Shown here: positions 40,756 to 48,798 of the stretch, one piece after another
Layout of the letters: each line of letters opens with the position of its first letter
Position numbering within the stretch: the first letter of the stretch is position 1
Source of the DNA: Promethearchaeota archaeon
GTDB taxonomy: Archaea; Asgardarchaeota; Lokiarchaeia; Sigyniarchaeales; SOKP01
Reading direction: 5' to 3'
DNA: 64,000 bases
Assembly (NCBI GenBank): GCA_019058245.1
Contig: JAHPZJ010000027.1
Location: 1 to 64,000 of the forward strand
Translations under genes and position numbers: made by a program
Notes under the pieces: generated by a model
Told to the model about the DNA's origin: nothing
What the model saw: the letters and a program-made list of their open reading frames with translations, nothing else
Database searches by the model: none

Positions 40756-41445
40756 GTGAAAAAAGTGAAAGCTAATGTACCTACTCGTAAAAAAATAAAG
40801 CTTAATTGGTTTAAATCGAATTGTGCATTGAATATTGAGCGCAAGATTGCAATTGAATATAATACCAATTCAGTAACTTATAATAAAATAACTTGGGATG
40901 TTTTAGTTCAATATGTTCTCACAAAAGAGGGAGATCCTAAAGAAATTCCTGCAAATTCCCCAATGACGCTCTACAAGGGAGGCTTACCTTTCCTTTTCTT
41001 ATCAACTTCAGTAACAATTGGGAATAAAATAATCTCAGAGGAACTGATTGATTCAGATATTACTGTTGACGATGATATTATAAATGTTGATGAAGGAGAA
41101 GATAAAGTCACCTACGAAGATGCTCGGGATCCTAAAGAGCATATTGAGGTAAGAACTCGACTTGATAAAATTACAAGGAAAATTACTATTGAAAACAAAC
41201 TAGACAATGAAATAGATTTAGAACTTAATTTCAAACAAACAAAAGATGTTTCTTTTATAAAATCACAACCTGAACCATCAAAAGTCGAAGAACCTAATTA
41301 TAATTATAATATAAAAATACCTTCAGAGCAAAAAGGCAGTGTAATCTTAGATCTTCAAGCAAAAATTGTGAAAAGAGTTACAAGAATTAAACCAGAATAT
41401 TTAAAATTAGAAGAAAATAGAATTAATAGGTTTAAAGATAAATAA
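40756..41445 (+). CDS. Beta-rich partner of the DUF4139-like protein
   Basis: Coupled to the previous gene; RKITIENK...I.LEL pattern similar to the DUF4139 C-terminus. Confidence 0.5.
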   Translation: MKKVKANVPTRKKIKLNWFKSNCALNIERKIAIEYNTNSVTYNKITWDVLVQYVLTKEGDPKEIPANSPMTLYKGGLPFLFLSTSVTIGNKIISEELIDSDITVDDDIINVDEGEDKVTYEDARDPKEHIEVRTRLDKITRKITIENKLDNEIDLELNFKQTKDVSFIKSQPEPSKVEEPNYNYNIKIPSEQKGSVILDLQAKIVKRVTRIKPEYLKLEENRINRFKDK

Positions 41446-41628
41446 CTAATTTTTTTTATTTTAAGCAAAAAAATTTTGATATTTTAGGTTGTCCCTAGTA
41501 CATTGGGATTTTTTTTCTATATTTGATATCTATTAAAATTCAAAAGTATAGGTATAAAACATTTAAAATTACAAATGTATTTTTATTACATAATTAAAAC
41601 TTAAATTAATATAAAAAGTAGAAGTCCA

Positions 41629-41880
41629 ATGAAACTGGAACGTATTAAAATTGAAAAAAAAAGATTTCTTACCCTTACGGTTATCTTCATAATAGCAGGG
41701 TCAATTCTTCTTGTTTTATCTGGTATTTGGGTTGTATCATGAGGTGAAATCGTGTATTCTTACGAATATTTAATGATTCCCGCAATAATATGCTATGTGG
41801 GGGCAATTGCTTTTTTTATAGTATATTTAATAGTAGTTATAATGCAATTTCGAATGAAAAGAATAAATCAAGCAAATTAA
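41629..41880 (+). CDS. Candidate small two-TM selenoprotein A (83 aa, Sec38 at TGA 41740-41742)
   Basis: MKLERIKIEKKRFLTLTVIFIIAGSILLVLSGIWVVS-U-GEIVYSYEYLMIPAIICYVGAIAFFIVYLIVVIMQFRMKRINQAN; homology to the paralog continues across the TGA; downstream SECIS. Confidence 0.75.
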
Positions 41881-41915
41881 AAATTATATCGAGAAAATGA
41901 GTATATATAAGATCT

Positions 41916-41986
41916 AACTTGAGAAAAATGATTTCTATAAAAAAATTTTAGTTATAGGATGATTATCCCCGCAAGGGACTCAAGTT
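41916..41986 (+). promoter_or_regulatory. Eukaryote-type SECIS element 1 (3' UTR)
   Basis: Helix I AACTTGAG/CTCAAGTT, core ATGAT...TGAT, helix II TTCTATAA/TTATAGGA, apical loop starting AAAAA, extra CCC-GCAA-GGG hairpin. Confidence 0.78.
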
Positions 41987-42117
41987 TTTTTATTTATATT
42001 TATAATGAATCATAAAAAAATAATCAAGAATTTCACACACTAATATTAAAAAGAAAAAACTGATTTATATAGAATAATTATATAATAAATTAATCAACAT
42101 TTAAAGGGAAAGATTCA

Positions 42118-42333
42118 ATGAAATATAGCACAAGTAGAGAAATATTTTCTGGATTTACGGTTTTCTTTGTAATTATCGGTATATGTCTTCTTTTATTATC
42201 TGGTCTTATGGCTTGAGGAACACAAGTATTTCCATACGCGTGGGTTCCAGCAATTATATGTTTTGTTGGTGCGATAATTTCCTATGATTCATATAAAAAA
42301 GTAGTAAAACAAGATTCTCGAAATAAAAAATAA
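42118..42333 (+). CDS. Candidate small two-TM selenoprotein B (71 aa, Sec33 at TGA 42214-42216)
   Basis: MKYSTSREIFSGFTVFFVIIGICLLLLSGLMA-U-GTQVFPYAWVPAIICFVGAIISYDSYKKVVKQDSRNKK; paralog of 41629-41880; downstream SECIS. Confidence 0.75.
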
Positions 42334-42382
42334 ATTATGTTCCTAAAGAATATACTGATAAACTCTGTTTAATTGTCATCAT

Positions 42383-42454
42383 TAATCCAAAAAAATGATT
42401 CCTATAAAAAAATCTTAGTTGTAGGATGATTATCCCCGCAAGGGATTTGGATTA
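42383..42454 (+). promoter_or_regulatory. Eukaryote-type SECIS element 2 (3' UTR)
   Basis: Helix I TAATCCAAA/TTTGGATTA, core ATGAT...TGAT, helix II TCCTATAA/TTGTAGGA, AAAAA loop, the same CCC-GCAA-GGG hairpin. Confidence 0.78.
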
Positions 42455-42463
42455 CATATTTTT

Positions 42464-42823
42464 TTAACCAGTTCTTTTGATTATATGATATCCAAATTTG
42501 GACTTTACTGGTTGTGAAATCTCACCTATCTTCAAATTCGTGCATGCATTCCAGAACTCCGGAACCATATCTCCTTTAGCAAATTCACCTAAATTACCAC
42601 CTCTTTTCTTACTCGAACATGTGGAATATTGGTTTGCCAATTGCTCAAATTTTTCACCTGCCTTTAAATCCTCATAAATCTCTTGAGCTTTAGTAAATTT
42701 TTCTACTAAGATGTGACTTGCTTTAATTTTTCCTCCACGAATGGGATTCCCTCCTGTTTTTGAGCCTCCTCCTTTTGATTGTGATCCTTTTTGAAATCCC
42801 TTTCCATATTTATTTTTTCCCAT
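42464..42823 (-). CDS. Parvulin-type peptidyl-prolyl isomerase with Gly/Lys-rich N-terminal extension
   Basis: ASHILV, FEQLA.QYS.C.S...GG.LG.F..G.MVPEF, FGYHII. Confidence 0.92.
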   Translation of the reverse strand: MGKNKYGKGFQKGSQSKGGGSKTGGNPIRGGKIKASHILVEKFTKAQEIYEDLKAGEKFEQLANQYSTCSSKKRGGNLGEFAKGDMVPEFWNACTNLKIGEISQPVKSKFGYHIIKRTG

Positions 42824-42902
42824 ATAAATTCACTATAATTGAATAAATTTAGTTAAAAATTTCTGATATACTTTTTATAAGTCAAAAAATAAGTTAAATA
42901 GA

Positions 42903-43319
42903 TTAATTGATTATGAGATACCTGAAATTCTTAATCTCTTCAATGCTGTTTATTTCGACAACAAGTCTTTGGAATCCTTGAAGAGTTCCATCATAAACCA
43001 TGAATGTGATAAAATTATTATTAACAAAATTTTGGTTTTTACTTACTATTTCTTCTTTATACTCATTTTCAATTCGGTTTAGTTTCTTTTGAACATAATG
43101 ATCATTTGGAGCAACTATAATCATATTACCAATTATATTTTTTGTGATTGGGAGTAACTCGCTAGATGAATCGAGACTAGAGGATATATCCTCTGTTGAC
43201 ATTAAGCGTAATAAAGCATCTCGGATTAATTTAGACTTATTATCATAATGATTTTTTGAAACAAGCTTATTTATGAACTTTTTAAGACTCTCGTTAATAC
43301 TAATACTTATAATGGGCAA
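42903..43319 (-). CDS. Ribbon-helix-helix regulator with NikR-like architecture
   Basis: IISISI...L...I..L.....Y.NKS.LIRDAL RHH followed by an ACT-like domain; NikR Ni-binding His/Cys not evident. Confidence 0.7.
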   Translation of the reverse strand: MPIISISINESLKKFINKLVSKNHYDNKSKLIRDALLRLMSTEDISSSLDSSSELLPITKNIIGNMIIVAPNDHYVQKKLNRIENEYKEEIVSKNQNFVNNNFITFMVYDGTLQGFQRLVVEINSIEEIKNFRYLIIN

Positions 43320-43394
43320 GTTTTTTCCTCTTTATTTCCTATTTAATATTAATACTAGATAAACAGATTTATAAATTTTTTTTACAAAATAGTC

Positions 43395-45767
43395 TTATAA
43401 TTTAATAGATCTCGCAATAACAGTTCTGAAATTTTCGACATCATTAACTAATTTATCAGCGTCTTCATCGTTAATCTTATCATCTTTACCGTATTTATTC
43501 AATTGAGTAAGCCAAAACTCAATTCTACCAAGAATAGCTTCTTTTTCACCTAGTACTTTTCGCAGTCGTACAAAAGTATCATGTAATTTGTTTCTTATAT
43601 TTTGAGCTTTCCATCTCAACATACAATAATCAGAAATTTCTGCCAAATTTTGGGTTATCGCCATTACATCAATAGTTTTTTCTCGTTCCTCTGATTTAAT
43701 CTTCCGTATTATATTTATTTCCTCAAATAAAAGCTCTATTATCTTAGCAAGGAAGCCAGTAAGTTGACCTGAATGGTTACACCAAACTCTAACCTCTAAA
43801 GACTGATTTACCTCAGATACATAAACTCGTGTTACAATTCTTCCACCACCAACCTTTGCTTCGGAACAATGCCAACTTTCTGCTTCATATTTTCCTTTCG
43901 CATCACTACCTTCATGAGAAGTGACTGTACTTACTTCAAAACGCTTTATTGTTCTTACTGCCGCTCTAAATGCTAAGCGGGGGTCTAAATCAGCAATTAA
44001 AAATGCTCGAGCATCATTAGGAAGATCTGCAATAGCTATTTGGATATCTTCAATTGTAGCTAAACAAGAAACTACCAAAGGACATTTTATTTGCACTTCT
44101 TTTTTTCTTATATGGACAGTTTTTTTGTCTCCTGATGCCGTTTTGTAGATTACATCACCACCAATATTCGATATCCCACATTCTTTTGGTTCTAAATAGA
44201 AATCAACACCTCTAGAATTTTTAGCTTCGATAACTGGTATATTTATTAGATGATCCTTCGCTTTATAACTAGTTGGTACATCTAAGAGTACTTTAACTGA
44301 ATTAATTGTCATACTACCTTGATTACGGATGACTACTTTAAAGTGTAATTGACCTCCAATAAAATCATATTCACGAACTACTTCAATTTTCCCACCATCA
44401 GTAGGTTCTTTAGTAATTTTCTGTGTTGATTGATCTTTTACTTCCATTGGTACACTATAAGCCACAAATGTTCTCTTTGACATATCAATATATCCATCAA
44501 TATCACCGCGAGCAATAATCTGAGCTAAATTTTCTTCAATGCTTGATTCAGTTACTCCTAATCTATTAGCTAATTCTCTTAAAGGCATAGTTCTATATGC
44601 TCTTGCAAGTTCTTTTATTTTCTTCTCCATATATTTATTTGTCATAAATTCTCTTCTTTGTGTAAAGATTCCTTTGATAGAACCTGTTTTTATAAGTTCA
44701 TGAAGGCTTTTTCTTGCTAATTCTACAGCAATTTTTAATTTTGTGGCTAGTTTTGAAAGCTCAAATAATCCTGTCTCTTTAGAATAGTTTTTAATATCTT
44801 GATAAATTTGATCTGCTGTAATGATTTCATTTCCACGATCTGCAAAAAATCCGTTAATGGATTTTGTTCTCATTATGTTTACACAAAATGACTTTACAAG
44901 TTCCGTTGGAATGTGAAAATTATTTGCAAGTTGTTTTAAGGAGACCCTACCTTTAGATTTTACTTCTTTTATCAAATTATCTAGGATATATTTTTGAGTA
45001 TAATACGTCTCTTTATCTAATGAGAAAGATCCTTTTATTTGGAATTGATTAATTAATTTATAAATTACTTTTATAGCTATATCAGAACTCATATCAAGCA
45101 TTATTCCTAAATCTGCTACCTTAACTGAACCTTCACTCTGAAACTTTGCTAATACTTTTTTCCGTATTTCGGTAGAGATATAATAAAACATCTGATTTTT
45201 TTGATCAATAATTCCATAGATTCTTTCTTCTTCTATATATTTATTGATGAATTTAACCATCTGTTCGGCTGAGATATTAAATGAATTCATAATTGTTGAA
45301 AAGTTAATTATCGGGGCTCTTTTTAATAGATCCAAGAAACATTTAGGACATACTTCCCTTCCTATAATATGTCTTAATTTCTTACTACATAATGTCATTT
45401 TACTTCCTTTCATAAGGCCATATCTTATCGCTTCTCTTGCTAATTTCTCTTTTGATGGAAAAAATAAACCTGGGGTTTTTAGATATGAATTCCAAGCTTC
45501 TGGACAATCAGTATTAGTACATTCTAAATAATATTGACCTGAAGATAACCTTTCCAATCTTAAAAGATGCTTACAAACAGGACATTCACTATTATCTACA
45601 ACGGTACATTTATAGTTTCTTTCTATTGCCTTTACTTTTGAATAGAAGAGATTGTGTTTTCGACACTCATGAGTTTCTGTGGTTGCTATATGATTAATAC
45701 AGAAACTGGAATTACATTTTTCACACGTAAAGTCGATTCTTTCGCTTTCACAAAATAAACATTTCAT
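43395..45767 (-). CDS. Multidomain protein: Zn fingers, tandem winged-helix (PCI/UFL1-like) repeats, Ig-like ear/platform domain
   Basis: N-terminal Cys/His clusters; ~5 repeats of ..L..LA....I........L...G.I.G.F; C-terminal FKVVIRN...V.F.L.P..C beta-sandwich. Confidence 0.6.
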   Translation of the reverse strand: MKCLFCESERIDFTCEKCNSSFCINHIATTETHECRKHNLFYSKVKAIERNYKCTVVDNSECPVCKHLLRLERLSSGQYYLECTNTDCPEAWNSYLKTPGLFFPSKEKLAREAIRYGLMKGSKMTLCSKKLRHIIGREVCPKCFLDLLKRAPIINFSTIMNSFNISAEQMVKFINKYIEEERIYGIIDQKNQMFYYISTEIRKKVLAKFQSEGSVKVADLGIMLDMSSDIAIKVIYKLINQFQIKGSFSLDKETYYTQKYILDNLIKEVKSKGRVSLKQLANNFHIPTELVKSFCVNIMRTKSINGFFADRGNEIITADQIYQDIKNYSKETGLFELSKLATKLKIAVELARKSLHELIKTGSIKGIFTQRREFMTNKYMEKKIKELARAYRTMPLRELANRLGVTESSIEENLAQIIARGDIDGYIDMSKRTFVAYSVPMEVKDQSTQKITKEPTDGGKIEVVREYDFIGGQLHFKVVIRNQGSMTINSVKVLLDVPTSYKAKDHLINIPVIEAKNSRGVDFYLEPKECGISNIGGDVIYKTASGDKKTVHIRKKEVQIKCPLVVSCLATIEDIQIAIADLPNDARAFLIADLDPRLAFRAAVRTIKRFEVSTVTSHEGSDAKGKYEAESWHCSEAKVGGGRIVTRVYVSEVNQSLEVRVWCNHSGQLTGFLAKIIELLFEEINIIRKIKSEEREKTIDVMAITQNLAEISDYCMLRWKAQNIRNKLHDTFVRLRKVLGEKEAILGRIEFWLTQLNKYGKDDKINDEDADKLVNDVENFRTVIARSIKL

Positions 45768-45927
45768 AGTTTGAAATATAATTTTAATTTTTGAATCTAT
45801 ATTATATTTAAAAAAATTCTAATTTAATATTTTATTGGGAGACCAATTTTATTTTTTTAATATCATTGGAATTTTATATAGGATTTTAATTTTTGCATTA
45901 TAATGTGAGAATTATTTCTGAAATAAA

Positions 45928-46659
45928 CTAAAAAGAAGATTCTGGGAATATATAAACCCCTAAAAATGATAAGATCATAATTATAGTATTAACTAATATT
46001 ATAATAATTAACATAGTTAATATTATCCAATTCCTTTTGGATGGAGCAGATTTCATAATTTGAGATGTTCCATGCTTAGCTAAAGCTAAGGGAAATAATC
46101 CGATAAATGTACCTAATGAAAAATAAAACACAGTAAAAATTCCATCAATAAACCCCAACCAACCACTTAACGAAAATGCTAAACATTGAGAATAAATGAA
46201 AAGCTCAAAAATACATGGAGCAAATCCTGCTAATATCCCAAATAAATAAGGAGTCTTGTTTTTTTCCCAATTAAATTCAAATATTTCATCTTTTCTTTTT
46301 GAATGAGGCATATAACCCTTGCTTGCATAAATAAATAACAAAATAAATCCTGCAAACATGGATGTTAATGCTCCAAAAAAATAGATTACATTTTTTGGTA
46401 TTTCATGTATTCCTGGTATCAAGAGACGAGGAATAAAACTAATTAAAATAGTAATGCTGGCAATTAACATATTAGAGGTCATTAATCCTAAGCCATAAAG
46501 TACTAAGATAATGAGACTTTTTTTAGGAGTTTTCGAGATCCCAAATGACCAAAAGAAAAATATTGCTTTATCTTCACAAGGCATTAAAGTATGGAATATT
46601 CCTATAATAAAAGCGGGAGCAAAAATTAGTAATAATGGCTGAGGATTAAATTCTAACAT
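45928..46659 (-). CDS. NicO/RcnA/UreH-like metal transporter (DsbD_2-like)
   Basis: GIFHTLMPCEDK and GILAGFAPC motifs; about six TM. Confidence 0.6.
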   Translation of the reverse strand: MLEFNPQPLLLIFAPAFIIGIFHTLMPCEDKAIFFFWSFGISKTPKKSLIILVLYGLGLMTSNMLIASITILISFIPRLLIPGIHEIPKNVIYFFGALTSMFAGFILLFIYASKGYMPHSKRKDEIFEFNWEKNKTPYLFGILAGFAPCIFELFIYSQCLAFSLSGWLGFIDGIFTVFYFSLGTFIGLFPLALAKHGTSQIMKSAPSKRNWIILTMLIIIILVNTIIMILSFLGVYIFPESSF

Positions 46660-46733
46660 TTTTGTTTTAAATTTTAATTTAATGATAAAATATCGGATTT
46701 TTTTATCTGTTTATATATCTTCAATTATTATAT

Positions 46734-48029
46734 TTAGAATTTATTATTAATTTTAGGCGTATTTCTTATTAAACAAGATTTACAAATGCTATAAAAAATT
46801 AATAACAAAAAAACAGTACTCGCAAAATTAAAAGGAAACCATCTTTGTGTAAGAACCCATATTCCAAAAAATGCTAAATCAAAGAAATTCAAGAAGAAAA
46901 AACTAGGTTTATTAAATTTTCTAGTTAAATCTGAATTTTTAGGTAAATTAAATATGATGATTATCAAAAGTGGTGTTAGGATCAGAATGTGATGATCCCA
47001 AGAATCGAAATATCCCAAAAGCATAATTAAAATACCAAAAGTATATCCATAAATTAAATCATTATCCTCAAATCTTCTAACCAAATAAGTTATAAATCCT
47101 ATTCCACCTAAAATAAAAAGAATAACTAGAAAAATTGGTAATTGAAAACTTAATAACTGTTCTTGTGAAAAACCTATAACTATAAGAAAGTTTTGAATTA
47201 ATTTAGTTATACTAAATGAATGATTCACAATAACAGTATCCTCTCCAGTAAGATTTACATTTAAAAACCCATGCAATAATTCAGGATGTATGAAAAATAT
47301 GAAGAAATTTAACGATACTGGAATTAGAAAACCAACCAAACGAATAATTGACTTAATAAATTTAATTTCAAATTTCTTTTGCTCTAAGTCAAAATGAACC
47401 AACATTAAAAAGGGGAGCAAAAAGATAGTAATAGGTTTAAATAATATGCTAATCCCTAAAATAATACTTGCTATAAAATTATGTTTAGTATCTTCATATT
47501 TTAGGAAGAGAAAAAGCGATATTAAAATTAAGAGTGTAATATATAAATTAATTTGTCCCAAAATGTAATTAAATAGGTTAGGTAATCCAATTAGGAACAA
47601 ACTAACATATAATACAATTCTTTTATCCCCTTGTTCATGGTCTTCTCTTCTAATAAGAACAATTAATTTATAGAGAACTAAAAAGATTAAAATATTTAAT
47701 ATTAGATTAATGAGTGTGAATACTATGAATCCTAAATCAAAACCCATTAAATAAAAAGGGACAAAAAAAAGAGCAGATATTGGAAAATATCTAAATGGCC
47801 AACGACTATAATTATTTTTGTTGTATAATTCATTCACATTGTTAATAAAAACTTTCCCTCCTTCATAATAAACTAAAAAATCATTTTGATCTCTCAAAAA
47901 AACCAGAGTTAAAATTAGCGCTAATATAAAGTAAAAAATGTGAATTATTACAGCATATCGAAAGATCTTGAATTCCCATAATTCCCTAAATCTTCTTTTT
48001 ATTATACTCATATGAGTTTTCATAATCAA
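46734..48029 (-). CDS. GT87-family (GT-C fold) glycosyltransferase
   Basis: DF.VYY, FRY.P, GQIN, KP, SWDHH; polytopic membrane protein. Confidence 0.8.
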   Translation of the reverse strand: MIMKTHMSIIKRRFRELWEFKIFRYAVIIHIFYFILALILTLVFLRDQNDFLVYYEGGKVFINNVNELYNKNNYSRWPFRYFPISALFFVPFYLMGFDLGFIVFTLINLILNILIFLVLYKLIVLIRREDHEQGDKRIVLYVSLFLIGLPNLFNYILGQINLYITLLILISLFLFLKYEDTKHNFIASIILGISILFKPITIFLLPFLMLVHFDLEQKKFEIKFIKSIIRLVGFLIPVSLNFFIFFIHPELLHGFLNVNLTGEDTVIVNHSFSITKLIQNFLIVIGFSQEQLLSFQLPIFLVILFILGGIGFITYLVRRFEDNDLIYGYTFGILIMLLGYFDSWDHHILILTPLLIIIIFNLPKNSDLTRKFNKPSFFFLNFFDLAFFGIWVLTQRWFPFNFASTVFLLLIFYSICKSCLIRNTPKINNKF

Positions 48030-48039
48030 TCTCTATTAT

Positions 48040-48798
48040 TTATTCTCTATTTCTAGAAAATACCCATTTTTTCTTTTTTATTATAATTATTGTTAATGCT
48101 AAAAGGAATAAAAAAACCAATCCAATCAATGTAGGTACGACATAAACAGGTAAATAATCTAAATTAATATCTAAAATTACATGATAATCCCCTATATAAA
48201 GTTTATAAGAATCTAGTATTCCTTGATCATTATAGATAGCGATAATTTTAATATCTTTTGAGGGAACTCCATTTGATATTGCATTTTCTCTAATCTCAAC
48301 ATTTAAAGTAGGTAAAACTCTATTATCTACATCATACCAATTATTAAGACTTAATTCTCCCATGTATTCTCCTACAGGAATAGGAAACCAAAATGGTACA
48401 AGAGAAGAATACTCAGAAAAATTCAATATTTGAGAGTAATCATTAGGATTGGAATAATAGGTTATTTCAGAATCATTATCTTTTACACCCCAATTGTCCT
48501 TATTATTCCATCTCCATATACTAAAATTTAAACTTATGAATACCTCATCAGATTCAATATTATTAATTCTCCATTTCATACTTTTACCTTGACTCATGTT
48601 TTCGAAAATTCCTGAATCATCCCATCCTTCACCAAAAATACTAGTTATTTGCCTTTCATTACATACTTTACATTTCCATATTAATTCTTGATCGTTTTGT
48701 ATCCCTATACTATAAGCAGCAACACTAATATGCAAAATTCCAATATATAATAGTAATAAAATGAGAGTAAAGTTCAATAGAATAACCTTCCTCTTCAA
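48040..48798 (-). CDS. Secreted protein with C-terminal TM anchor and basic tail
   Basis: N-terminal signal peptide; C-terminal hydrophobic helix followed by KKKK. Confidence 0.65.
   Translation of the reverse strand: MKRKVILLNFTLILLLLYIGILHISVAAYSIGIQNDQELIWKCKVCNERQITSIFGEGWDDSGIFENMSQGKSMKWRINNIESDEVFISLNFSIWRWNNKDNWGVKDNDSEITYYSNPNDYSQILNFSEYSSLVPFWFPIPVGEYMGELSLNNWYDVDNRVLPTLNVEIRENAISNGVPSKDIKIIAIYNDQGILDSYKLYIGDYHVILDINLDYLPVYVVPTLIGLVFLFLLALTIIIIKKKKWVFSRNRE

Noticed and set aside
40752-40756. TGA at the end of the DUF4140-like gene as a further Sec codon, given the nearby SECIS elements
   Set aside because: The next gene is in a different frame, and TGAGGTGA is simply a stop overlapping an SD sequence
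41743-41880. Reading selenoprotein A as two tiny coupled ORFs (GAGGTGA SD plus GTG at 41752)
   Set aside because: Paralog B has the same TGA-Gly but no in-frame restart codon after it, and both genes have SECIS-like elements; kept only as the alternative hypothesis
41928-42445. The two ~50-bp near-identical sequences as CRISPR repeats, att sites or IS ends
   Set aside because: Only two copies about 467 bp apart, with no cas, integrase or transposase; each sits in the 3' UTR of a paralogous gene, and the differences preserve RNA pairing
39848-42460. Genomic island integrated at tRNA-Gln
   Set aside because: No integrase and no duplicated tRNA 3' end seen downstream
42903-46659. NikR-regulated nickel uptake locus
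   Set aside because: The RHH protein lacks recognisable NikR nickel ligands and is separated from the transporter by an unrelated 790-aa gene
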